Shown here: piece by piece, positions 1-11,708 of the stretch | Layout: each line of letters opens with the position of its first letter | Position numbering within the stretch: position 1 is the first letter of the stretch | Assembly (NCBI GenBank): GCA_043228905.1 | Contig: JBHGNT010000004.1 | Coordinates: 22,878,001 to 22,942,000 of the forward strand | Reading direction: 5' to 3' | Length of the DNA stretch: 64,000 bases | DNA from: Azolla caroliniana | Lineage: Eukaryota > Plantae > Polypodiophyta | The notes under the pieces: generated by a model | The model's input: only the letters and a program-made list of their open reading frames with translations | The model's database searches: none | What the model was told of the DNA's origin: nothing | Program-made: the position numbers and the translations under genes

Positions 1-432
1 GGGGCAAATGTCTCTTCGTAGTTGACTCCATGCGTTTGTGCGTATCCTTTTGCTATGAGTCGAGCTTTGTAGCAATTTACGGAGCTGTCGGCGTTATACT
101 TCACCTTGTACATCCATCTGCAGTCGATCTCCTTCTTGTGCGGTGACTGGGGGACAAGATCCCATGTCTTGTTTTTGGAGAGTGCTTGCATCTCCTCATT
201 GATTGCTTCAACCCATCTAGGGTCCTTCGTAGCTTTGGAAAAGGTTTCCGGCTCCCGTACTGTTGCTACCTTCATCATAAAGGTGTAATGGTACACCATA
301 TACTCATCGTAGCTGAATCGGCTTAGGGGGTTCTTTTCATGGGTGGATTGGAGGAGCTTCTCGTTTGCGGATACTAAGGCTTTCTTCGCTCTATTTGTTC
401 GGATTTCAAGGCCTTCGAACTCACTATCTAGG

Positions 433-1114
433 TGACGGGAACTCCTAGCTCCTTATGCGCAACGCTCGGCCACAACTGAGATTCTTTTCATACACAGAAA
501 AATAGGTAATGAAACGCGACACAAAGAGGAGAAATGGTACACAGGAGGTTTACGTGGAAAACCCCAAACTAGGGGAAAAACCACGGCAGCCCACAGGTTG
601 CAAACTGTCACTATGTAGAAATATACAACAGTGAGTTCATTGAGGCAACGACCTCGTGCTCTCTCTTCTTCGCCACAGGCGGCGGTTACAACAGAGGCCA
701 CGACCTCGTCTCTCTCACTCTCTCTATACAGTTACGCGCTCTCACTTCTTCTTGTACCAACAAGGAAGAATAACAACTACATAATATTAGTTTGCCCTAA
801 GTCATATTTATACTAATATGACTTTTCGGCTATTTACAAATATAGCCACAATGGGCTCTCAGAAAACATATTTATGAATATGTCTCTTCCTCCGGTTCAT
901 ACCAGGCCTGCACCATCCGGCTCTCCGTAGCCGGGTACTCCTCATCCGGTTCATACCGGGTCTGTATCATCCGGCTCTCCGTAGCCGGGTACTCCTCATC
1001 CGGTTCATACCGGGTCTGTATCATCCGGCTCTCCGTAGCCGGGTACTCCTCATACCGTTTGTTCGTCGGCACTGTTCTTCTCCCTTCCCATCCGGAGGGA
1101 CCTGTCTCCCTACA
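433..1114 (-). repeat. 3' LTR of B
   Basis: Direct repeat of 5168-5848; contains three 54 bp tandem units at ~890-1055. Confidence 0.95.
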
Positions 1115-1124
1115 AACTCCCCCT

Positions 1125-3155
1125 TCACTCCGGCATGGGGTGTTTTACCAGTCCGATCCGCTTTCGGCATGCGTCGAGCTTGTCGGGTGTCAGCACTTTG
1201 GTCAGCATATCTGACCCGTTCTCGGCCGTGTGAATCTTCGTCAGTGCGAACTCCTGGTCATCTACTCTTTCCCGGATCCAGTGATACCTCCGCTGGATAT
1301 GCTTCGTCCGGGAATGGTAGGCCGCATTCTTAGCAAGGTGGATGGCACTTTGACTGTCGCAATAGAGTCGGTATTCCTCTTGCCGTATACCGAGCTCATC
1401 GATGAAGTCCTTCATCCATAAGATTTCCTTGCCGGCGTCCACAGTTGCCATGTACTCCGCCTCCGTGGTTGACAATGCAACCGTCTTCTGCAGCCTCGAC
1501 TGCCATGAAACAGCTCCCCCTGCATATGTCATTACATACCCGGATGTAGACCGACTGGTTTCCACATCAGCCGACATGTCCGAATCGGTGAAACCGTCCA
1601 GTTGAGGTTTTCCGGAGCCGAATCGGAGACACATATTTGAAGTGCCCTTCAAGTACCGGAGTATCCATTTGACTGCGTTCCAGTGCTCCTTGCCGGGATT
1701 ACTCATGAACCGGCTCACCACTCCGACTGCGTATCCTATATCCAGTCGGGTACACACCATAGCGTACATCAAGCTCCCGACGGCAGAGGCATATGGAATC
1801 TTCATCATATTCGCCTTCTCTGCTTTCGTCTTCGGGCTTTGCTTGCCGGATAGCCTGCAGTTTGCCGGAAGTGTCGATCCGACTGGTTTTGCATCTGACA
1901 TGTTGAACCGGTGAAGCACCTTTGTCACGTACTTCTCCTGTGACAACCATAATTGCTTTGCTTTCCGGTTACGGATGATGTGCATCCCCAACATTTGTCT
2001 TGCCGGACCCAAGTCTTTCATTGAGAAGGTCCGGTTGAGAGCCTTCTTGAGCATCCGTATTTTTACTTGGTCTCGTCCGACGATCAACATGTCATCCACG
2101 TACAGGAGGAGTATCAGGAAATCCCCTCCTTCGAACTTCTTCACAAACACGCAGTGATCGGCCTGCGTCTTGTGGTATCCTTGATCGGTCATGAAGGAGT
2201 CGAACTTCCGGTACCATTGCCGGGGAGCCTGCTTCAGTCCGTACAGGCTCTTCTTCAACCGGCATACCAGGTGCTCCTTCCCTTTCTCCACAAATCCTTC
2301 CGGTTGCTCCATGTAGATCTCCTCTTCAAGGTCGCCGTGAAGGAATGCCGTCTTCACATCCAACTGCTCTACCTCGAGGTCCATGCTTGCTGCTATACTC
2401 AGCACCGTCCGGATGGAGGTCATCTTTACTACTGGGGCAAATATCTCATCGAAGTCCACGCCCTTCTTCTGCTGGAACCCCTTGACCACGATCCTGGCTT
2501 TGTATCTCGGGGGGTTGCCGGCATCTCCCGGTTTCAACTTGTACACCCACTTGTTTCGGAGTGCCCGCTTTCCTTTCGACAACTCCACCAATTCATACGT
2601 ATGGTTCTCATGCAGGGAATTCATCTCATCCTGCATGGCACTTAACCATTTTCTGCTGTGGGTGTCTTCCTTTGCTTCTTCGAAGCTTTCCGGCTCCCCC
2701 TCATCGGTTAGCAGAACATGCTCTGCATCCGGAAATCTCCGGGGCGCCCTTCCCTCTCTGAGAGGATATCTACGTGTTCGGGCTTCGGTAACCGGCTCCT
2801 CCATTTGCTCTTCATCCGAATCCGATTCGGGGTCTTGGCCGGTTCCGGTCTCAGCTTCCTCTACTTCTTCTTCTGCCGGTTCGGTATGCTCACCGTAACC
2901 GGCTGGTTCCTCGAGTGCAAACCGGTCTCTTGCCGGTTGGGTCTGCTCATTGTAGAGTCTATCCTTACCGGTCGACTCAGAGTTCATTATCTTCTTCTCC
3001 AACTCCCAGTCGGCGAGCGTCTTGTCCTCCATGAAGATAATATCTCGACTCCGGAATACCTTCTTGTCGACCGGGTCCCACACTCGGTAGCCGAACTCAT
3101 CGTCACCGTAACCGAGGAATATCGGTCCTTTGCTACATGCACGTACGCGAGACAC
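1125..3155 (-). pseudogene. B pol: integrase C-terminus, RT and RNase H (disconnected from upstream frame)
   Basis: Motifs [37 protein letters not shown]. Separated from the upstream ORF by a 34 bp deletion at ~3122. Confidence 0.93.
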
Positions 3156-5137
3156 CCGAACACCCTCAGATGCCAGTAGGACACTTCCTTACCGGTCCAT
3201 ACTCTCTGTGGCGTGTCTCCGTCCAAGGGTACTGAGGGTGATCTATTTATCACGTATGTCGCCGTCGACAGTGCCTCAACCCAAAACTTCTTGGGTAGTT
3301 TTGCATGTGCTAGCATACTCCGGACCCTCTCCATTATGCTCCGGTTCATCCTCTCGGCCAGTCCGTTTAGTTCCGGCGTCTTCGGCACGGTAAGTTCGAG
3401 CCGGATTCCCTTCGAGCGGCAGTACTCCTCGAACTGCCCCCGGTACTCTCCTCCGTTATCTACTCGAACCGCCTTCAGCTTCCGGCCGGTTTCTCTTTCC
3501 ACTCTCGCGTGGAGCTCTTTGAAGACGGATAACACCTGATCCTTCGTCTTCAGCGGTGTGGCCCATAGCTTCCGGCTGTGGTAATCTATGAACGTCACGA
3601 AGTACTGCGCTCCGGCATGTGACTTCGTGTCTACTTGACACACATCCGTATGCACCAACTCCAGTGGTGCATTACGTCTCATCGGTGGCCTTGGTCGGAA
3701 AGAGGTCCGGTTCTGCTTACCGGCCAGACAATCAGTGCACTTCTCTAAGTGCACGTTCTTCACTGGAATGAGGTTGTCGTATGCAAGCCTCTTCATCCCC
3801 TTCTCGCTCATATGACACAGCCTCTTGTGCCACAGCTCGCCGGTAGTGTCGGATGCCACGTTCACTTCTTCCGGACATAACCGGGCATTCATCAGGTACA
3901 ATGTGTTTACCTTCCGGGCCCGAGCCACAATCAGGCTCCCTTTGCTGAACTTCATGGTACCGTTCTGGATGCTACCCGTGTAGCCTTCATCATCTAGCCG
4001 ACCGGCTGATATCAGGTTCTGACGAACCTCCGGAACGTGTCGGACATCCTTCAGCAGCAACTTGCATCCGGTTGGTGTTGTAAGCCACACGTCTCCTATG
4101 CCGACAATTCGGCATGTTCCTTCATTCCCCATCCGGACACAGCCGTGATCACAGGCTGAGTAGGATGAGAAGCATTTCCGGTCCGGGGTAAGGTGGAACG
4201 CCGCTCCGGAGTCTACCACCCAGGTCATCTCGTCGCCGGCAAGGTTTATCTCACTCTCCTCGGTGATGAGCATCAACTCTTCTTCACTTGCCGCGATTGC
4301 CGTCGTTCCCTTCCGGTCCGGCCCCCTCCGGTCTTTACCATTCCGGTCCGGGGTTGGCTTTGAATCGGTACCGTTGGTTTCCTTGTCTTTACGGAAATGC
4401 CGACAGTTCTTTTGGAAGTGTCCCGGCTTGCCGCAATAGAAGCAAGTAGGCCTCCCCCTTGACTTTGACCGTGTCCCCGACTTCTCCCGGTTCTGGGGAC
4501 TACGGTTTCTCTGTCTTTCGCGTTCCGATTCGGTAAGAAGCGCTTTGGAGTCGGAGCTCGTATCTTTGTCTTTCCGACGCGCCTCCTCATCTAACAAGCT
4601 CGACTTTACTCTTGCTAGGGATAACCGTTTTCCTTCCGTCCCGGCGTTGCCCAAAGTGACAACCAACGTCTCCCAGCTATCCGGGAGGGAACCGAGCAGG
4701 AGTAGCGCTAGTACCTCGTCGGCAAGAGGTACTTCCAATGACGTTGCCTGGTGTATCAGCCCCTGGAAGGCATTCATGTGCTCCGCCATGCTGGAGCCAT
4801 CTTGGTACCGGAGTCTTACTAGCTTCCGGAATACCGACACCTGATTGACAACATTTTTGTTCTGGAACATTATGCCGATCTTCTCCCAGAGCTCATGAGC
4901 CTTGCTCTCTTCATTGAAGTTGTTGTATAGGCTCATGTCGATGAAGCACCGTATGTACGCCGTTGTCTTCATGTGCATCACCTCCCATATCGCGGCGTCG
5001 ATTTTGTCCGGTCTCTTGTCCCCGAACTGAACCAGCAGCCAGAGGTCTTTAACCACGAGCATGTCCCTCATCTTCGACTTCCACACTGAATAGTTGGAGC
5101 CGGTGAGCTTGAACATGCCGCCAAACGATTCGTCCAT
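2987..5137 (-). pseudogene. B gag-protease-integrase
   Basis: CFYCGKPGHFQKNC zinc knuckle, WVVDSGA protease, HKRLCH...CTDC zinc finger, VHTDV/DNGGE/NGLAER integrase core. Confidence 0.93.
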
Positions 5138-5153
5138 TTTCTGTGTCGATTTC

Positions 5154-5165
5154 GCTCTGATACCA
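5154..5165 (-). other. PBS (initiator tRNA-Met) of B
   Basis: TGGTATCAGAGC on the minus strand, 2 nt from the LTR. Confidence 0.92.
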
Positions 5166-5167
5166 CT

Positions 5168-5848
5168 TGACGGGAACTCCTAGCTCCTTATGCGCAACGC
5201 TCGGCCACAACCGAGATTCTTTTCATACACAGAAAAACAGGTAATGAAACGCGACACAAAGAGGAGAAATGGTACACAGGAGGTTTACGTGGAAAACCCC
5301 AAACTAGGGGAAAAACCACGGCAGCCCACAGACTGCAATTTGTCACTATGTAGAAATATACAACAGTGAGTTCATTGAGGCAACGACCTCGTGCTCTCTC
5401 TTCTTCGTCACAGGCGGCGGTTACAACAGAGGCCACGACCTCGTCTCTCTCACTCTCTCTATACAGTTACGCGCTCTCACTTCTTCTTGTACCAACAAGG
5501 AAGAATAACAACTACATAATATTAGTTTGCCCTAAGTCATATTTATACTAATATGACTTTTCAGCTATTTACAAATATAGCCACAATGGGCTCTCAGAAA
5601 CATATTTATGAATATGTCTCTTCCTCCGGTTCATACCGGGCCTGCACCATCCGGCTCTCCGTAGCCGGGTACTCCTCATCCGGTTCATACCGGGCCTGCA
5701 CCATCCGGCCCTCCGTAGCCGGGTACTCCTCATCCGGTTCATACCGGGTTTGTATCATTCGGCTCTCCGTAGCCGGGTACTCCTCATACCGTTTGTTCGT
5801 CGGCATTGTTCTTCTCCCTTCCCATCCGGAGGGACCTGTCTCCCAACA
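5168..5848 (-). repeat. 5' LTR of B
   Basis: Direct repeat of 433-1114, adjacent to the PBS. Confidence 0.95.
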
Positions 5849-6357
5849 CTAGGTAGTGAGTCGATTCGTTGTCGTCGAAGTGAACGTCTTCATACTCCGG
5901 CATCTTCGCCTTCCCTTTGTCCAACTTCGGACTTGGCTGAGATGTGCTTTGATCGCAAAGAGGCTCTTGTGGCCCACTAACCCTTGTCGTAATTAGGCTT
6001 TCTTCAAGCATGCGCATTGTCGCAATAATCCACGCGTATGTGTCGGATCTAGGCGGGACCACCGGGGTCTTGGACTAGGGAGAGATGGGTTTCTGGAAGG
6101 TCGAGTTCTCTAGAGCCGGATATGCTGTTGGGACTTCGGTCGGAACGGTTCTGGATGCGACCCGGAGACAACCGATCCGGGTGCGTCCCGAAATACGACC
6201 GGAACACGTAGAGGAAGAGCACGCGCATACACGGTACACACACCCGCTGGCCCGTCGCGAGTCATATGTATAGAAGGCCCGATGGATGTTTGCATATATA
6301 TATTTATACGAATAATAACAAATACGCGGACTACGGTCCAGTTCACCGCGCTCGCAT

Positions 6358-6358
<1 letters not shown>

Positions 6359-6434
<76 letters not shown>
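6359..6434. repeat. (CA)38 microsatellite inside LTR D
   Basis: Perfect dinucleotide run. Confidence 0.97.
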
Positions 6435-6439
<5 letters not shown>

Positions 6440-7545
6440 TGGGAAGAGCAAAACCCCCACACACCGAACTGAACGTAGACAAAGAGGGCCTGGGATAGCG
6501 CTCCGAGACCTGACACTCAAAAACACCCGCTGCACGCACCCGTGGAGATGAACAGAACAACAATGCTTTGCATAGGAAACACACACAGAAGTTTATATAT
6601 ATATATTCGTACAAGACAACGAAATACAACTTCGACCTCCAGTCGGACTAAGGTCTAAATAGACACGAAGACTCAACTCACACGACGACGACAAAGAAGA
6701 AGAAGACCTTGACAAAAACCTAAGACCGAAATAGGGAGAAGAAGAACTCTCGAACAACCAAAACCCTAGACCTAAGTGGTATACCCTTCTAACACAAAAT
6801 GGGCAACCCCTCAAAAACAGACCCTCCCTTCCTTTTATAACCTAAGGAGGGAGGGACGTTACAATGTGGGATAAATCCCTTATTACATGGGGTTCTCTAT
6901 CCTAACTTAACTCCTATTTGACGTGTAAAGAATCAAGAGGTGGATTCTGTGCAGCAGAATAGATATGAACTGTGTGTGTGTATGAGAGAGAGAGAGAGGG
7001 AGTGAGAGAGACAAGGAGTAAAACATAGAGAATACGCAAGTTAAAGTATATTAACAAAGGAGAAAGACTCAACATTATACAAGGTGGGAGGAGGGTGCTT
7101 TATATAGTCACCCTCTCTCTTCATTAACTACAAGTTTCCTTGAGCATGGGGAATGTGAAAGCTCATAAGTTATGTGTCATAGAATATGAGTCTATGACTC
7201 ATACTTAATGCTAGAATACAAAGTGGTGACATAATGGTGACTCTTGACCGTTGGAGTGTCTATTCACTCTCAAGGTGAGTTCATACACTAGACCAAGTTG
7301 AGCTTGATTCTCAACACGCCCCTTCAACCTCAAGTCAGGTCGGTTTCAGACGGTATCCAAAATCCGCTTCGACTCGCATTTTGTAGTCCGCGTCGACTCA
7401 TATTTATGTTGAGTTGCGGAATCCGTGCTCCAGCTTGCGTTGTGCGTAGTTGCGAAGTCTGTGCTTCAACTTGCATCTTTCTTCGCGGCTTTGCGTGGTA
7501 GATCGGCTATTCGCGGCTTCGTTACGCGGTTGCGGAATCCACGCG

Positions 7546-10500
7546 TTATTGTGTAGTGTCTTCAGTACTCCCCCTCAAGCTTGGCAGGTCAGGGATCGTC
7601 AATCCGACATCGGTCATGAATATCCATAGCCTGTTGGCTCCTAAGGCTTTAGTGAATATGTCGGTCGTTTGAAGATTGGTGCTAATGTGTTGTAGGTCGA
7701 CATCGCCAGCTAGAACGCGCTCTTGGATGAAGTGATAGTGCACTTCGATGTGCTTTGTCCGCGCGTGGAACACCGGGTTCCGAGCCAGATAGATACTGCT
7801 CATGTTGTCGTAGTAAAGGGGAGTTGGATCCTTGATGGGTACGCCCAGATCCTTGAGTATCCTTTTGAGCCATACGACTTCACATGCGGCCACTGCCGCA
7901 CACTTGTATTCCGCCTCTGTGTTCGAAAGAACGACGATTCGTTGCTTTTTGCTACTCTAGGATATTGCTCCGCTGCCGAGGGAAAAAACAAATGCGGAGG
8001 TTGATCCTCTATCGGCTTTGTAGCCGGCCCAATCTGCGTCTGTGTACCCCTCGAGTCGTATTGGCATTGCGGTCTTGTAGAGGATGCCGCAATCCATTGT
8101 GCCACTCACGTATCGTAGAACTCGCTTAGTGCAATCCAAGTGAGTATCACGCGGTGTTTGCATGAATTGACTAAGGAGACCGAATGGATAACTGAGATCG
8201 GGTCGAGTGATCGTGAGGTAGATGAGACTCTCGATGAGTTGCCGATATTGAGTCGGCTCACACGCTTTGGTGCCGGAGTTCGCATCTAGTTTGAGATTGC
8301 GATCGAGCGGGGTTGCCGCGGATTTGCACTCAGCCATACCGAACTTGTATAACAAGTTGAGGATGTAGTGCCGTTTAGAGATCATGATTCCGGCCGGGGT
8401 CCGAATTACCTCGATGCCGAGGAAGTAGTGGAGCTCCTTCATGTCCGTCATCTCGAACTTGTCGGAAAGGAGGGATTTGACCTTATTGATTTTAACGAGA
8501 TTCTCACCTCCAATGACTAGGTCATCCACATATAAGATGAGGACGATCAGACTTGTGGAATCGCTTCGTATGTAGAGGGAGTTGTCCGATTTTGACATAC
8601 GGAAGCCGATTTGATGAAGATATTGCGTTATCTTCGAATGCCAAGCACCCGGTCCTTGCTTGAGGCCGTAGAGTGGCTTCTTGAGTTGGCATACAACTTT
8701 CGGATGGGTGCTTGAGTTGAAGCCGGGTGGTTGTATCATGTACACCTCCTCTTCTAATTCTCCTTGTAGGAAGGCGTTCTTGACGTCCATTTGATGGAGG
8801 TGCCACCCTTTCGCTGCGGCAAACGCAATTACGGTCCGTACCGTCGTCATCTTTGCTACCGGGGCAAAGGTCTCCTCGCAGTGAACTCCGTGCGTTTGTG
8901 GGTAGCCTTTTGCTACGAGTTGCACTTTGTAGCGGTTGATGGAGCTGTCGACGTTGTACTTCACTTTGTAAATCCATCTGCATCCGATCGGCTTTTTGTG
9001 TGGTGAGGTGGGAACGAGATCCCACGTCTCGTTCTTGCATAGTGCCTGCATCTCCTCGTTCATGGCTTCGATCCATCGCGGATCCTTGGCTGCTTCGGAA
9101 AATGTTTCTGGCTCGCGTACTGTCGCCACCTTCATCATAAAGGCATAGTTATATGCCATGTAGTTGTTGTAGCCGAATCGGCTGACCGGATTCTTTTCAC
9201 GGGTGGAGCGACGAAGCTTTTTCATTTGTAGAGATGAGGGATTTCTTTGCTCCGATTGGTACATCGAAGCTGCCGAACTCACTGTCGAGTGAGTGAGTCG
9301 ACTCATTGTCGTCGAAGCGATTGTCTGCGTATTCTGACATTTTCGCCTTGCCTTTGTCCATCTTCGGGCTAGGTTGTGATGTGCTTTGATTGCTCAAAGG
9401 CTCTTGTGGTTCGCTCAGTCGAGTCGTGATCGGACTCTCTTCGAATATTTCTTCGAATATGCGCGTAAGGCGATCTTCATCCTCTATCTCTTGTTCGGCG
9501 GATTCCGGGTCGAACGGAGTCGGAGTCGAAGTTGTCTCTGGTGCGTACCAGGATGCAGACTCGTCAAAAATGACATCTCGATTTACTTGAGATTTTTGAG
9601 TTGAGGGGTTGTAGCACTTGTACCCCTTTTGCTCCAGTGAGTATCCTACGAGGATACATTTCTCTGACTTCGGGTCAAGCTTTTGACGCTTCTCGTCGGG
9701 GATGTGCACGTATGCTATTGCGTCGAATATCCAGGTGTGCGATAAGTGCGACTTCTTTCCGAAGTATTTTTCGTGCGGAGTGACCTCGTACACTCCGGAT
9801 GTTGTGCATCGGTTCATTAGGTAGGTGGCCGTAGTTGCAGCTTCGGCCCAATATGACCTTGACATATGCTTTTCGTTCATCATGGCTTGTGCTACTTCGA
9901 GGATGTGCCGATTTTTGCGCTCGGCTACTCCATTTTGTTGCGGAGTGTGTCGGCAAGTGAATTCTCGCCGAATTCCTTCCTTTTGGAGATACGCCGTGAA
10001 GTCGTCTGAGAAGTACTCCTTGCCACCATATGATCGAAGGCATCGTACATGAAGACCAATGGCTCTTTCGACTTCGTTTTTAGACCTTTGGAAGTGTCCG
10101 AACACTTCGCTCTTTTGCCGCATCGGATAGAGCCACGTGTGCCTAGAGAAGTCGTCGATGAAGAGCACGTAATATCAGCATCTGCCGAATGTAGCCGTCT
10201 TCACCGGTCCCCATACGTCGGAATGGACTACGTTGAGTAGACCTTTGCTCACGTTCCGCTCTTTTGGGAATGGGTGTTGGTGTTGTTTGCCGAATTGGCA
10301 TGCTTCGCATACACCTTCAATCTCCTTCTCTTTGAATGTCGGGAGTCCGATGACGACTCCTTTCGATTTCATTGCTTTGAGTTTGTTGAGATTGATGTGG
10401 CCGATTTGCTTGTGCCATAGCTCTATGTTGGAGTTGGCTTTCGTGCTTTTTGGGAACATGGTGGCTTTCATCTTGTGTGAATCTAGAATGAACATCCGGC

Positions 10501-11666
10501 CCTCTCTTCTTCCACGCACGATGATTCAACCCTCTTTTTTGATGAAGCACCCTTCTTGGTCGAATCGTACTTGCATCCCTTGCTCAACCATTTGGCGGAA
10601 CAAGACCAAATTCTTCGTGATGGTGGGAACATGCAAGAAATTTTTAATGTATGTTTGCTTACCTCTTTCGCTGAATGGAACATTGCCAATATGCCGAATC
10701 CGGTGCGTAGTGTCATCTCCGGTTTCGACATAACCGGGTCGCTCCGGCTCTCGAAGTTTGAGAAATCATTCTTTATGAGATGTCATATGGTTTGAGGCTT
10801 CGGAGTCAACAAACCATACGTCCTCCGGATTGAGGGCACTAGTTGAGGTAGAGGCCGACATAGTGTTTGCTCTATGTTTCATCATGAACATTCCGCTACG
10901 GTCGGAGTTGTGTGCATACATTCCGCCATGATCTTTGTAGTCGGAGTTGTGCCCGTACATTCCGCTATACTCTTTGTAGTCGGAATTGTGCGCGTAATTT
11001 GTCAGTTGTCGGCTTGTGGAAGCCGATTCGCGCATCTTGTTTCGGCACTCTTCTTTGTGGTGACCGAGCTTTCCGCAATATCCGCATTCGGTTGCATTTT
11101 GACGGCTTGGGCCGGAGTGGAAGATCCCCCTTCTTGCGAAGGTTCCTCGTTGGCTTCCGTTTTGCGGCCGAAATTGGGAGTTGTTGTTGTAGGTCGGACC
11201 TCGTCTGCCTTGTCCTTGGCCGAATCGGCCTCTCGCTCATCCACGTCCTCTTCCTCCGTTCGAGTGCGTGTAGAGCATGTGGCCTTCTGACTCATTGCTC
11301 CTTGTACGCACGTGGTTTTCTTCGACCAATAGCATTGATTGGAAATCGAAGAAGGAGGGAGATTTCTCCCTTGCTAAACCGTGGTGCAAGGCTGTTGAGG
11401 CATATTTGTACAATCTCATCATCATTGATATTTACGTTTATCGAGCAGAGTGAGTCGCAAAGCTCCTTGATATTCAAGGTATATGTCGTGATGGACATGT
11501 CCCTTTGTTGAATGTTGTTCAACTCTTGGCGGTGTTGAAGCCTTCTTGCGGTTGTGTTCGCCGTGAAAATCTTTCGTAGATTTTCCCATGCCTCCTTCGG
11601 CATCTTGGCTTCACGAATGTAGCCGAGCATGTGATCGTGAACACATGTCGCCAAGAAATACATCAC
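7546..11666 (-). pseudogene. C gag-pol pseudogene
   Basis: Fragments [36 protein letters not shown] in several frames. Confidence 0.9.
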
Positions 11667-11708
11667 GCGGCTTGCGGCTTGCTCCCATGTCGTGTATTTG
11701 GGAGCCGT

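Larger units (their letters stand above)
433..5848 (-). mobile_element. Full-length Ty1/copia (Tnt1/Tork-like) element B
   Basis: Two ~681 bp LTRs with TG...CA ends, TSD CTAGG (428-432 and 5849-5853), PBS at 5154-5165, PPT at 1115-1125, domain order gag-PR-INT-RT-RH. Confidence 0.97.

Noticed and set aside
872-1072. LTR peptide ORF with 18-aa repeats (also 5606-5806)
   Set aside because: A by-product of a 54 bp repeat; no evidence of coding constraint.
2067-2898. Long antisense ORFs over pol (also in N, Q, F, G)
   Set aside because: Expected shadows of GC-rich coding sequence with no recognisable domains.
6075-6629. CV/HT-repeat ORFs, likewise all ORFs in 60861-63580
   Set aside because: These are translations of microsatellites.
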